Sequence record: PZ386951.1
Direction: 5' to 3' (one strand)
Length of the DNA stretch: 64,000 bases
Origin: a phage
Position numbers and translations under genes: made by a program. The notes beneath the pieces are model-generated. The model was not told the DNA's origin and searched no databases. It was given only the letters and a program-made list of their open reading frames with translations. Position 1 is the stretch's first letter, and every line of letters begins with the position of its first letter. Shown piece by piece: positions 1-10,407 of the stretch.

Positions 1-11
1 TAATCTCTAAC

Positions 12-218
12 TCAGACATTTTCAATACTTATAATTTCAACATCAGCCCAATGACCATAGCAAGGAAGACGAAATTCAACTGGCCAGTTAGGGTCCTTTT
101 CTAATATAATAGACTTAACTTGTGGTTCTTCATGTTCATCAGTATATGGATTTTTATCTGTTACTTTATATGTGACCTTAATGTACTGAATTCCAAAAAT
201 CTTATTAATTATATTCAT
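12..218 (-). CDS. hypothetical early protein (68 aa)
   Basis: ORF in co-directional minus-strand array downstream of rIII (T4 30.x region); overlaps next ORF start; no motif recognised. Confidence 0.45.
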   Translation of the reverse strand: MNIINKIFGIQYIKVTYKVTDKNPYTDEHEEPQVKSIILEKDPNWPVEFRLPCYGHWADVEIISIENV

Positions 219-412
219 ACTAATTCCTTTAATCCGTAAATAGGAGATAATTCATCACCCATACGAAGGTCTTCATTTCCATCTACCCAGGAAACAATAT
301 AAGCCTCTTTTATTTGAATACCACTCCATTTAAATGGAGGTAGAACCTTAGAAATTAATCCAGGTATACCAACTCCCTTTAATTCAACAGTTTGACCTAA
401 AAAGAATTTCAT
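215..412 (-). CDS. hypothetical early protein (65 aa)
   Basis: ORF with start/stop overlaps to neighbours typical of T4 translational coupling. Confidence 0.4.
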   Translation of the reverse strand: MKFFLGQTVELKGVGIPGLISKVLPPFKWSGIQIKEAYIVSWVDGNEDLRMGDELSPIYGLKELV

Positions 413-699
413 TAAAACCTCATCTGAAAACCGTGCGATTTAACATTACCGCCGCCAATATCAGAAATATTAATTTCACGCGCAATTGAAGGGTCAATGT
501 CAATTTCACGATTGAGTTTAGTGATAGCTAAAGTATCGCGCCCATTTACAGTACGGAACTCTAAAGGACATACTACATTAACGTAGTTTTTAATCGATTC
601 GCTGGTAGGTTGCAAATGAGCAGGAAGGTCTTTAGGCGCCTTAGAGAAAACCACTTCACAGAAATTTTTGCGGGTGTCAAAATAAGTAGTCATAAACAT
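412..699 (-). CDS. hypothetical early protein (95 aa)
   Basis: ORF; GAGG Shine-Dalgarno about 8 nt upstream of ATG; preceded by UUCG hairpin. Confidence 0.5.
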   Translation of the reverse strand: MFMTTYFDTRKNFCEVVFSKAPKDLPAHLQPTSESIKNYVNVVCPLEFRTVNGRDTLAITKLNREIDIDPSIAREINISDIGGGNVKSHGFQMRF

Positions 700-716
700 A
701 GTATTTTCCTCAGTAA

Positions 717-730
717 GGGGCCGAAGCCCC
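717..730 (-). promoter_or_regulatory. intercistronic C(UUCG)G tetraloop hairpin
   Basis: GGGGC-UUCG-GCCCC just upstream of SD of 412-699 ORF. Confidence 0.6.
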
Positions 731-740
731 TCATTTTATT

Positions 741-1118
741 TTAAATATCAAATTCATTAAGAACTACATCAAAGATCGCTTCAAGATGCTCAGGTTTAGC
801 TCTGTTACTCAGAATATGACGAATCCAAGTTTTAACCAGAAGCTTGCGATTAACGCCATTCCAGCAAGGATGAGTCCCTAAATCGCGTTGACGAAAATCA
901 TCATCCAAAGCAATTTTGAAGTTGGAACCTTCCATTGTGATTGAAACCGTGATGCCATTTTCAAATCGCATATAAACGTAGTTAGGAGTCATATACTGTT
1001 CAATTTCGCATACTGATCCATTTTGATGTTTCCAAAGGCAGATAGTATCAATAGAACCTGCAATACCATTAGAAACATATTTACGTTCAAAGTTGATGTA
1101 GTTCATTTTATTCTCCAA
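741..1118 (-). CDS. hypothetical early protein (125 aa)
   Basis: ORF in early array; no motif recognised. Confidence 0.5.
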   Translation of the reverse strand: MENKMNYINFERKYVSNGIAGSIDTICLWKHQNGSVCEIEQYMTPNYVYMRFENGITVSITMEGSNFKIALDDDFRQRDLGTHPCWNGVNRKLLVKTWIRHILSNRAKPEHLEAIFDVVLNEFDI

Positions 1119-1173
1119 GATGTTTAATTGCGGTACAGGTATATAATATCATATCCTGTACCAAAGTAAACAA

Positions 1174-1506
1174 TTATTTTACTACTTTCCAGTGCTGCAT
1201 GTCAAGTTTACCAACTTTTTTCATCTTCTCAATTAAGCGTTCGGCACGTTGGCGAGCTGTAACATAATACCATTCACCCAATTCATTTTGTTCAATTTTT
1301 CCAACGATTACCGTATTCAATTCATAAATCCAACCAGTAAAGAAATTATGAACTTGAATTGTAAAGGTGAAATCTGTTCCCATGCCTTCTGTTGTTTCTA
1401 CTTCAATAATATCACCTTCAACTGCCATTAAGAACCACATAGTTTCATCATATTTACCATTGAAGCATTTAGTTTTAACTGCAGCGTTCAGATTAATCGT
1501 TTTCAT
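1174..1506 (-). CDS. hypothetical early protein (110 aa)
   Basis: ORF with AAGGAGA SD and early promoter immediately upstream. Confidence 0.55.
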   Translation of the reverse strand: MKTINLNAAVKTKCFNGKYDETMWFLMAVEGDIIEVETTEGMGTDFTFTIQVHNFFTGWIYELNTVIVGKIEQNELGEWYYVTARQRAERLIEKMKKVGKLDMQHWKVVK

Positions 1507-1523
1507 TTTATTCTCCTTTGTTT

Positions 1524-1564
1524 GTGTAAAATAATACTATCACAAAGGAGCTATACTGTAAACA
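1524..1564 (-). promoter_or_regulatory. early promoter
   Basis: GTTTACA -35 (plus 1558-1563) and TAGTATTAT -10 on minus strand. Confidence 0.55.
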
Positions 1565-1583
1565 ACTTTATGCAATCTTTGGA

Positions 1584-1611
1584 AAATAAAAAAGGACTCC
1601 CGAAGGAGTCC
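1584..1611 (-). terminator. rho-independent terminator (GGACUCC-UUCG-GGAGUCC + U-run)
   Basis: perfect 7-bp stem, UUCG loop, U6 tract on minus-strand transcript. Confidence 0.7.
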
Positions 1612-1616
1612 TCAAC

Positions 1617-1835
1617 TTATGCTTTCTGCTTACCAAAACGAGAAGCATCATCTCGAAGAACCGCACGTGCTCGGCGCATGATCTTCTCAACAGTTTGATT
1701 GATACGAGAGTTCGACCCACGCTTGTAGCCAGCGCGTTTAGAATCACCAACTTTCTTTTCAACTGCTTTCTTTGCTTTAGCTTGTTTTGCCATTATAAAT
1801 TCTCTTTTAAATGAAAATACAGGACTTATTGGCAT
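1617..1835 (-). CDS. hypothetical basic Lys-rich protein (72 aa ORF; likely true start ATG at 1793 giving 58 aa MAKQAKAKK...)
   Basis: ORF followed by rho-independent terminator at 1584-1611. Confidence 0.5.
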   Translation of the reverse strand: MPISPVFSFKREFIMAKQAKAKKAVEKKVGDSKRAGYKRGSNSRINQTVEKIMRRARAVLRDDASRFGKQKA

Positions 1836-2039
1836 TGCCTGCGCAAGCCCTCAAGGGGAACATAGGTTTTTGGATATTTAACGACCAGGATAACCATAAA
1901 CCCGTCATCATTCACATTCAAGAGGTACACCATAAAACTGCCGGGGATCTTAAAACTATAATGATTCGCAAATCATTAATCAGACAGTTCGATGGCTCCT
2001 CGATTTTAGCTCACACTAAGGCAGTGAATCTCCAATAAA

Positions 2040-2288
2040 TTACTTCAATGTTACCACAAAGTGACGAACTGCTTTTCGTGCAGCAGAAGCCAAAGGCTTA
2101 GCATATTTAAGTTCATCTTTTTCCTGAAGCTCGGCAGCTAATGCAGTTTGAGCAGGATTCAGATGTTTGAAATAACGCAGGATTTCAAGAGCTTCGGCTT
2201 CAACATCAATAGATGCGCCATAGTTTTCGTGACCATTATTCCATGCGTTTCGTTGCAGTTCAAGAGCGTGTTGTAATTGTTTAATCAT
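2040..2288 (-). CDS. rIII: rIII lysis-inhibition accessory protein (82 aa)
   Basis: 82-aa product directly downstream of gene 31, matching T4 rIII size and map position. Confidence 0.75.
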   Translation of the reverse strand: MIKQLQHALELQRNAWNNGHENYGASIDVEAEALEILRYFKHLNPAQTALAAELQEKDELKYAKPLASAARKAVRHFVVTLK

Positions 2289-2435
2289 TTAAAAATTCTC
2301 GTTAGAGATTAAAACTCGGTAGTCACGTTCTTCTGAATTTCATCTTCTTTCGACAGATCTCTCAGTTGTAGACTACCACATAGAATTGTTCGGTTAACTT
2401 ATTATTCCGACACCCAATTCATATTATTATTTATA

Positions 2436-2771
2436 TCACTTATAAAGACACGGAATAGCTTTATAGTGACAAGTAACGAATTTTTGTTTAATTTCTTTTG
2501 GCTGCTTAAGACCCAGAGCTACAAAAGGATGCGGAACATTTCGAATTTGACCAACTGGAAGAGAAGTCAAATCACCAACTTCACAGAAACCTTCAGGAAC
2601 ATCAGGACCAACAGAGTGAACTACACACAGTTCAGGAACTTCACCTTGAACACGTTTACCGATAATAAGTCCTGATTCTGTAACTTCTTCATCACCGGCT
2701 TGTGCAGGTTCAGAAACTAAAATAACATATTCACCGACAGCACGAATTGGTAGCTGTTGTACTTCAGACAT
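2436..2771 (-). CDS. 31: gp31 co-chaperonin (GroES-like, 111 aa)
   Basis: 111 aa, sequence as I recall T4 gp31 ([16 protein letters not shown]...); position between cd and rIII. Confidence 0.9.
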
Positions 2772-2827
2772 CGTTTTTCCTTTTTGTTAACAGATGAATT
2801 AATAATAACAAATAATTCTTAAAGCAT

Positions 2828-3136
2828 TTATTTACCAATAAATTGAAGCAAATGCTCAACTTTCATACCATTAACAGAAATCAATTTGTCAATAGAAAAA
2901 CCTCGCCAAGCGCCAAGTTCAACATCAAATACTGGAATCATATCCGTAGATTCTTTCCGAGTAGATTCAGTCAATTTACCGGTTTGCATGGTTGGCATAA
3001 AGTCTGCATCACGAGTACCTTTCATAGTACGAATAGTACCATCAGACTTTTCAAAAACTACGTTTGAAATACCCATGGACAATTTAGTTTTCAAAATTTC
3101 ACGAATTGCTACTTTCTGTTCAGTTGTCAGTTTCAT
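2828..3136 (-). CDS. hypothetical protein (102 aa)
   Basis: ORF between cd and 31 (T4 31.1/31.2 region). Confidence 0.5.
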   Translation of the reverse strand: MKLTTEQKVAIREILKTKLSMGISNVVFEKSDGTIRTMKGTRDADFMPTMQTGKLTESTRKESTDMIPVFDVELGAWRGFSIDKLISVNGMKVEHLLQFIGK

Positions 3137-3373
3137 TTATTTACCTATTACAGTTTTATGATAAATTGTTCCACGTTCTTTAAGAGTGGAAAGTAATTTT
3201 TGATATTTTTCTAAATCAGATTTCCAACTATGCGGTCTATCAATACAAACCCAGTTTGATTTATAATACTGTTTCCACCTAGAGAAAAAATATTTCTTAT
3301 ACTCTACAGCAAATGAAATGTTCTCGGTAGAATAAGAACTAATTGCTGTGAGCTGTACCAAACGAAATTTCAT
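3137..3373 (-). CDS. hypothetical protein (78 aa)
   Basis: ORF, stop/start overlap with cd. Confidence 0.45.
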   Translation of the reverse strand: MKFRLVQLTAISSYSTENISFAVEYKKYFFSRWKQYYKSNWVCIDRPHSWKSDLEKYQKLLSTLKERGTIYHKTVIGK

Positions 3374-3954
3374 TATTCACCACAGAATTCGTTGATATTT
3401 TCCCAGTTTAACTTATTCAAGTTTTTCTTAGGAACATTAAACACTTCAATACCTGCATTTCGCAGAATATCATCCCAGCCAGGTTTATTTTTATCGTATG
3501 TTTCGCAATAAACCAGCTTTTTAATTCCAGATTGAGCTATTGCTTTTGCACAATCTGGGCAAGGAGAAAGTGTTACATACATAGTAGCACCTTCAATAGA
3601 AGAACCATTTCGTGCAGCAAACAAAATTGCATTTAGCTCAGCATGAATTTCATTTTTAGACGACCATTCAGAGTGAGCGCTACGGTGTTCTTTCGCCAAG
3701 ACAAAGCGATCAGTTGAACCAAATGATACGCATTCAGGCTTATGGCCTTGAATGATAGTGTGTTTAGGCTTATTCAACAACCATCCTTGCTCAGCAGCAT
3801 AATCACAACAGTTCACACCCCCTGCGGGTGAACCATTATACCCAGTAGAAATAATACGTCCATTCTTTTCAATTACTGCTCCTACCTTCCAGGAGCAACA
3901 TTTTGATTCCTGCGATACTAAATATGCAATTTGAAGTACTGTACTCGCTTTCAT
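3373..3954 (-). CDS. cd: dCMP deaminase (193 aa)
   Basis: 193 aa; zinc-binding deaminase motifs HAELNAI and PCPDCAKA. Confidence 0.9.
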   Translation of the reverse strand: MKASTVLQIAYLVSQESKCCSWKVGAVIEKNGRIISTGYNGSPAGGVNCCDYAAEQGWLLNKPKHTIIQGHKPECVSFGSTDRFVLAKEHRSAHSEWSSKNEIHAELNAILFAARNGSSIEGATMYVTLSPCPDCAKAIAQSGIKKLVYCETYDKNKPGWDDILRNAGIEVFNVPKKNLNKLNWENINEFCGE

Positions 3955-4289
3955 TTCATAATCACCAGATAAGCAGATTTAGCAGTTTCAACACGATAAA
4001 TTTCGTGACGAAGTTTAGTTATACTTTTAATAACAGAACTAATTATATTCTGTCCATCTTTAAAGCGGTTTTTCTTATCAATAAAAACTGCGCCAGTCAT
4101 CTTTTTGTGAAGCTCAACTGGATACTTCGTCACAATAATAGCATCATACACAGAAGGATGAATACTATTCACCAGAGTATCATTCATTAAAGTTATTCTA
4201 ATGAACTTTGCTGTTTCAGAGTCAAGCGCTCTATGATCGCCAGTATCATTTTCAAGACAATTATCAATTATATCAGTTAAATTCATCAT
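3951..4289 (-). CDS. hypothetical protein (112 aa)
   Basis: ORF in pseT-cd interval (T4 cd.x region). Confidence 0.5.
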   Translation of the reverse strand: MMNLTDIIDNCLENDTGDHRALDSETAKFIRITLMNDTLVNSIHPSVYDAIIVTKYPVELHKKMTGAVFIDKKNRFKDGQNIISSVIKSITKLRHEIYRVETAKSAYLVIMK

Positions 4290-4525
4290 AGTACGCCATA
4301 CACCCTTTGTGCTTCAACTAATCCATCAAAATCCAGTTTAAGATGCGATATTTGATCGCCATCACCTGGATTCACAATTACTAATACTGAACGAGGAGTT
4401 TCGGTAATAACACGAACCGATGTTTCAGGAAATCGTTCAGAAACCTTATTTACTAATTCCTGTGCAAATAGTTTAACTTTTTCTTGGAATTCTTTAACAG
4501 TAATCGGTTTTTCACTTAGCAGCAT
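4286..4525 (-). CDS. hypothetical protein (79 aa)
   Basis: ORF with GAGGAAAA SD; early promoter at 4551-4584. Confidence 0.5.
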   Translation of the reverse strand: MLLSEKPITVKEFQEKVKLFAQELVNKVSERFPETSVRVITETPRSVLVIVNPGDGDQISHLKLDFDGLVEAQRVYGVL

Positions 4526-4550
4526 TTTGTTTTCCTCATTTGTTTGGTAG

Positions 4551-4584
4551 AGTTATAATATCACAACTCTACCGTAAAGTAAAC
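4551..4584 (-). promoter_or_regulatory. early promoter
   Basis: GTTTAC -35, TATTATAA -10. Confidence 0.55.
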
Positions 4585-4586
4585 TA

Positions 4587-4892
4587 TTAAATTGCTTTGA
4601 ATTCTGCTGTCTGCGATTCAAAACGAATATCGCCTTTGATAACTAGCTCAGCATCAAGACCGAATACAACAATGATATGCGCGGAACCTGGATACAGCGT
4701 AATGGCAACAGAATCCACCTGGTCTGGAAGCAAAGTATTCAATACATGAGTCACTTGAGCATGAATTCGAAGTTCAGCTGCATTATCAAGTTTTTCAAAC
4801 ATATTATTAGCGATAATTTGGCTAAACACTACTTCTACGATTTTAGAGTAAGTCGGAAACATATTTACCTCACATAATTTTCTTCGAGCCAA
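4587..4892 (-). CDS. hypothetical protein (101 aa)
   Basis: ORF in pseT-cd interval. Confidence 0.5.
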   Translation of the reverse strand: MARRKLCEVNMFPTYSKIVEVVFSQIIANNMFEKLDNAAELRIHAQVTHVLNTLLPDQVDSVAITLYPGSAHIIVVFGLDAELVIKGDIRFESQTAEFKAI

Positions 4893-4926
4893 TTAATAAT
4901 AGTCCAAGTTTCATGGTGCCAAGCCA

Positions 4927-6127
<1,201 letters not shown>

Positions 6128-6131
<4 letters not shown>

Positions 6132-6358
6132 TTATTTTTCTCAACCAATGATTGAATATAATCATGCAGGTCTTTAGATGCTTTGCCCCACTTATTTTGA
6201 TATTCATTTTTGAGATTAGCACGTGATTGAGCTAACAAAACATCATTAGTCGGAGGTAAAGATTCTAACCGCTGAATCTGGCGTCCATAAATCATTGCAG
6301 CCATCTCGGATTCATAAATCAATTCTTTGAGATGTTCAAATTGATGCCATGAAATCAT
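6128..6358 (-). CDS. hypothetical protein (76 aa)
   Basis: ORF, overlapping stops/starts. Confidence 0.5.
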
Positions 6359-6654
6359 TTACATTTATCCTCTTTTAACTCTTGACGATAATAACATATC
6401 ATAGTTTTCTGGTCATGTAAATATCGTTTTACATCATTAAGCCAAATACGAAATTCCTGGGAATCTTCAAATGGCATACCTACCCAAGCTTTACCATCGA
6501 TAACTTTAACTTGCCAAGATAGTTTAGCTTCATCATATGACTTTATCTGCACAGGCCAATTAGGATGAACTGTTTCTTTCTTTACTTCTAGAGGCTTTGT
6601 CGAACAACCAACTAGAAGACCAATAGATAATATTACTGCTGATAGTTTAATCAT
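6355..6654 (-). CDS. putative lipoprotein (99 aa)
   Basis: N-terminal signal with lipobox-like LLVGCS. Confidence 0.5.
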   Translation of the reverse strand: MIKLSAVILSIGLLVGCSTKPLEVKKETVHPNWPVQIKSYDEAKLSWQVKVIDGKAWVGMPFEDSQEFRIWLNDVKRYLHDQKTMICYYRQELKEDKCK

Positions 6655-7004
6655 TTAGAAAGGTCCTGGATGTCTTCTGCGAACTTGTTGAAGGAGTTGT
6701 TGATTTGTTTTTCAACCAATCCTGGCTTATGAGCCACCACATCCGCCTTCTTTGCGTCTTTGCGTAGTTTTTCATTTTCACGCTCAATAGCAGCAATTGC
6801 CTCACGATTTTTATTATTCATCGCATCAATATAATTATACTGAATTCGCAAATTATCTAATGCTAAAGCGTTTTCATTGGCCGTTTTTGTAATTTCTACA
6901 ACAGACGTTTCTAATCTTTCAATTTTATTTTTTAAAATTAAAGAAGTTCCGCCCAATGCAATTACAATTAATAACAAGCCTGCTGTCGTATTACTTAATT
7001 GCAT
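6651..7004 (-). CDS. hypothetical membrane-anchored coiled-coil protein (117 aa)
   Basis: hydrophobic N-terminus then charged helical region. Confidence 0.5.
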   Translation of the reverse strand: MQLSNTTAGLLLIVIALGGTSLILKNKIERLETSVVEITKTANENALALDNLRIQYNYIDAMNNKNREAIAAIERENEKLRKDAKKADVVAHKPGLVEKQINNSFNKFAEDIQDLSK

Positions 7005-7501
7005 AAAGTTTTAATAACCTCTATAATATCGTCTTGAGAAAGACCGTTAATTAAAATATGATGTTCAGCCGGAGATTTAGAAATTTTAAAGCATGCCTCA
7101 ACATCTTCTGCCATATCCGATGCACTACGATTTGGATTACTAATTCCAAGACGATGCTTTCCGGTCAAAGGATTAACGATGATATAGCATTTACAGCTAT
7201 TGATATGAACATTAGGCTGAGTCTGATTAATGAATACTTCACAATCATACTTAGCGAGTTGATTTTCTAAAAAGACTTTCATCTCCTCAACCGCATCAGG
7301 AAGCATATCACGGGCTTGCTCAAGACGACGATTTCGATATTCTTTAATGGTCGTTTTCCGCTTGACTTGCTTAGCTAAATCTTTCTTAAGATCGGTGATA
7401 TATCCAACTCGACGATTTCCTTTGAATACAGAAATCCCATCTGTAGTATCACCGTATGCTTCAACGACCATTTCAGTAGTAATAAGTTGTAAATCCATCA
7501 T
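6995..7501 (-). CDS. alc: putative Alc (host transcription shut-off) protein (about 167 aa)
   Basis: size and position between rnlA and the pseT.x ORFs match T4 alc; assignment by synteny only. Confidence 0.55.
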   Translation of the reverse strand: MMDLQLITTEMVVEAYGDTTDGISVFKGNRRVGYITDLKKDLAKQVKRKTTIKEYRNRRLEQARDMLPDAVEEMKVFLENQLAKYDCEVFINQTQPNVHINSCKCYIIVNPLTGKHRLGISNPNRSASDMAEDVEACFKISKSPAEHHILINGLSQDDIIEVIKTLCN

Positions 7502-7562
7502 AAAGTCCTCATGTTATGTCAGTAAGACTACTGTAACACAACACGAGGGACTTGTAAACAGC

Positions 7563-9150
<1,588 letters not shown>

Positions 9151-9158
9151 AATAAAAT

Positions 9159-9172
9159 GGGCCTTGCGGCCC
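9159..9172 (-). promoter_or_regulatory. hairpin between nrdB stop and denA start
   Basis: GGGCC-GCAA-GGCCC between GGAG and ATG. Confidence 0.55.
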
Positions 9173-9177
9173 ACTCC

Positions 9178-10356
9178 TTAAAAATATTTTTTAAAACTCA
9201 TCATAACTTTATCATCAACATCATTATCAATCTGTGCAACAAGGTAAGATGACAGTTCTACTTCTTGCGGTGCAGATTGAACATTATCAGAATTAAGATA
9301 TTCACGAATCCAAGGATATGGATGTTTAACCGGAGCATCGGTAATTGGGCATGGAAGACCACACTGTTTCATACGAGATACAGTTAAGTAATCAATAAAG
9401 CTCCACATGCTATTTGTATTTAATCCAGGAACATCGCCATCTTTAAATAAATGAACTGCCCAATCTTTTTCTTGGCGGTTAACTTCCATGAAAATATCAA
9501 CTGCTTCTTGTTCACACTCTTTGGCAATTTTAACCCATTCATCACCATCAGTGCCAAGTTGAAGTTGACGAATAATATATTGGGTGCCTTTAAGGTGAAG
9601 CTGTTCATCACGTGCAATGAACTTCATAATCTTGGCATTACCTTCCATGATTTCCATGTTCTTATGGAAGTTAAAGGTACATGCGAAAGATACATAAAAA
9701 CGAATAGCTTCCAATGCGTTGATTACATGCAAACAGAGGTAAAGAGATTTCATTAGCTCACGCTTCCAATATGTCTCATGCTCAATAGCATCTTCAATAA
9801 CGTCTTCGTCTGCATTAATTTCTTTTTGGTATTCGATATCAGCTTTAGCGTTTTCCCAATAACGAGTTTTAATCAGAACATCATCATAATAGCGACCGAT
9901 AGATTCAGCGCGTTTCATAATAGCTTCATCTAATACAATCTCATCAAATACCTTTGACGGATCAGTATAAAGATTTCGCATGATATGAGTATATGAACGA
10001 CTGTGAATAGTTTCACTAAAAGTCCATGTAGCAACCCATGTATCAAGACTTGGGTCTGAAATTAATGACATAAGTACAGCAGATGGCGCACGACCCTGAA
10101 TGCTATCTAAAAGTGATTGATACTTCAAGTTATTAGTAAAAATATTCTGCTGATACTGAGGAAGTTTATTAAACTGTGCAGCATCCATCATTAAGTTTAC
10201 TTCTTCAGGACGCCAGAAAAATGATAATTGCTTTTCGGTCAAATCTTCAAATACTCGATGCCGTTGAATATCATAACGCGCAATACCAAGACCTGAACCA
10301 AAAAACATAGGTTCTTTTAAAACATCAACTGGGTTTGTATTAAAAACTGTGCTCAT
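9178..10356 (-). CDS. nrdB: ribonucleotide reductase small subunit (392 aa, uninterrupted)
   Basis: di-iron/tyrosyl-radical R2 fold; position downstream of nrdA. Confidence 0.9.
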   Translation of the reverse strand: MSTVFNTNPVDVLKEPMFFGSGLGIARYDIQRHRVFEDLTEKQLSFFWRPEEVNLMMDAAQFNKLPQYQQNIFTNNLKYQSLLDSIQGRAPSAVLMSLISDPSLDTWVATWTFSETIHSRSYTHIMRNLYTDPSKVFDEIVLDEAIMKRAESIGRYYDDVLIKTRYWENAKADIEYQKEINADEDVIEDAIEHETYWKRELMKSLYLCLHVINALEAIRFYVSFACTFNFHKNMEIMEGNAKIMKFIARDEQLHLKGTQYIIRQLQLGTDGDEWVKIAKECEQEAVDIFMEVNRQEKDWAVHLFKDGDVPGLNTNSMWSFIDYLTVSRMKQCGLPCPITDAPVKHPYPWIREYLNSDNVQSAPQEVELSSYLVAQIDNDVDDKVMMSFKKYF

Positions 10357-10407
10357 AAATTTTCCGCTTAGTTAATAGTTGGTGACTCGTCCATGAGTCA
10401 AATTATA

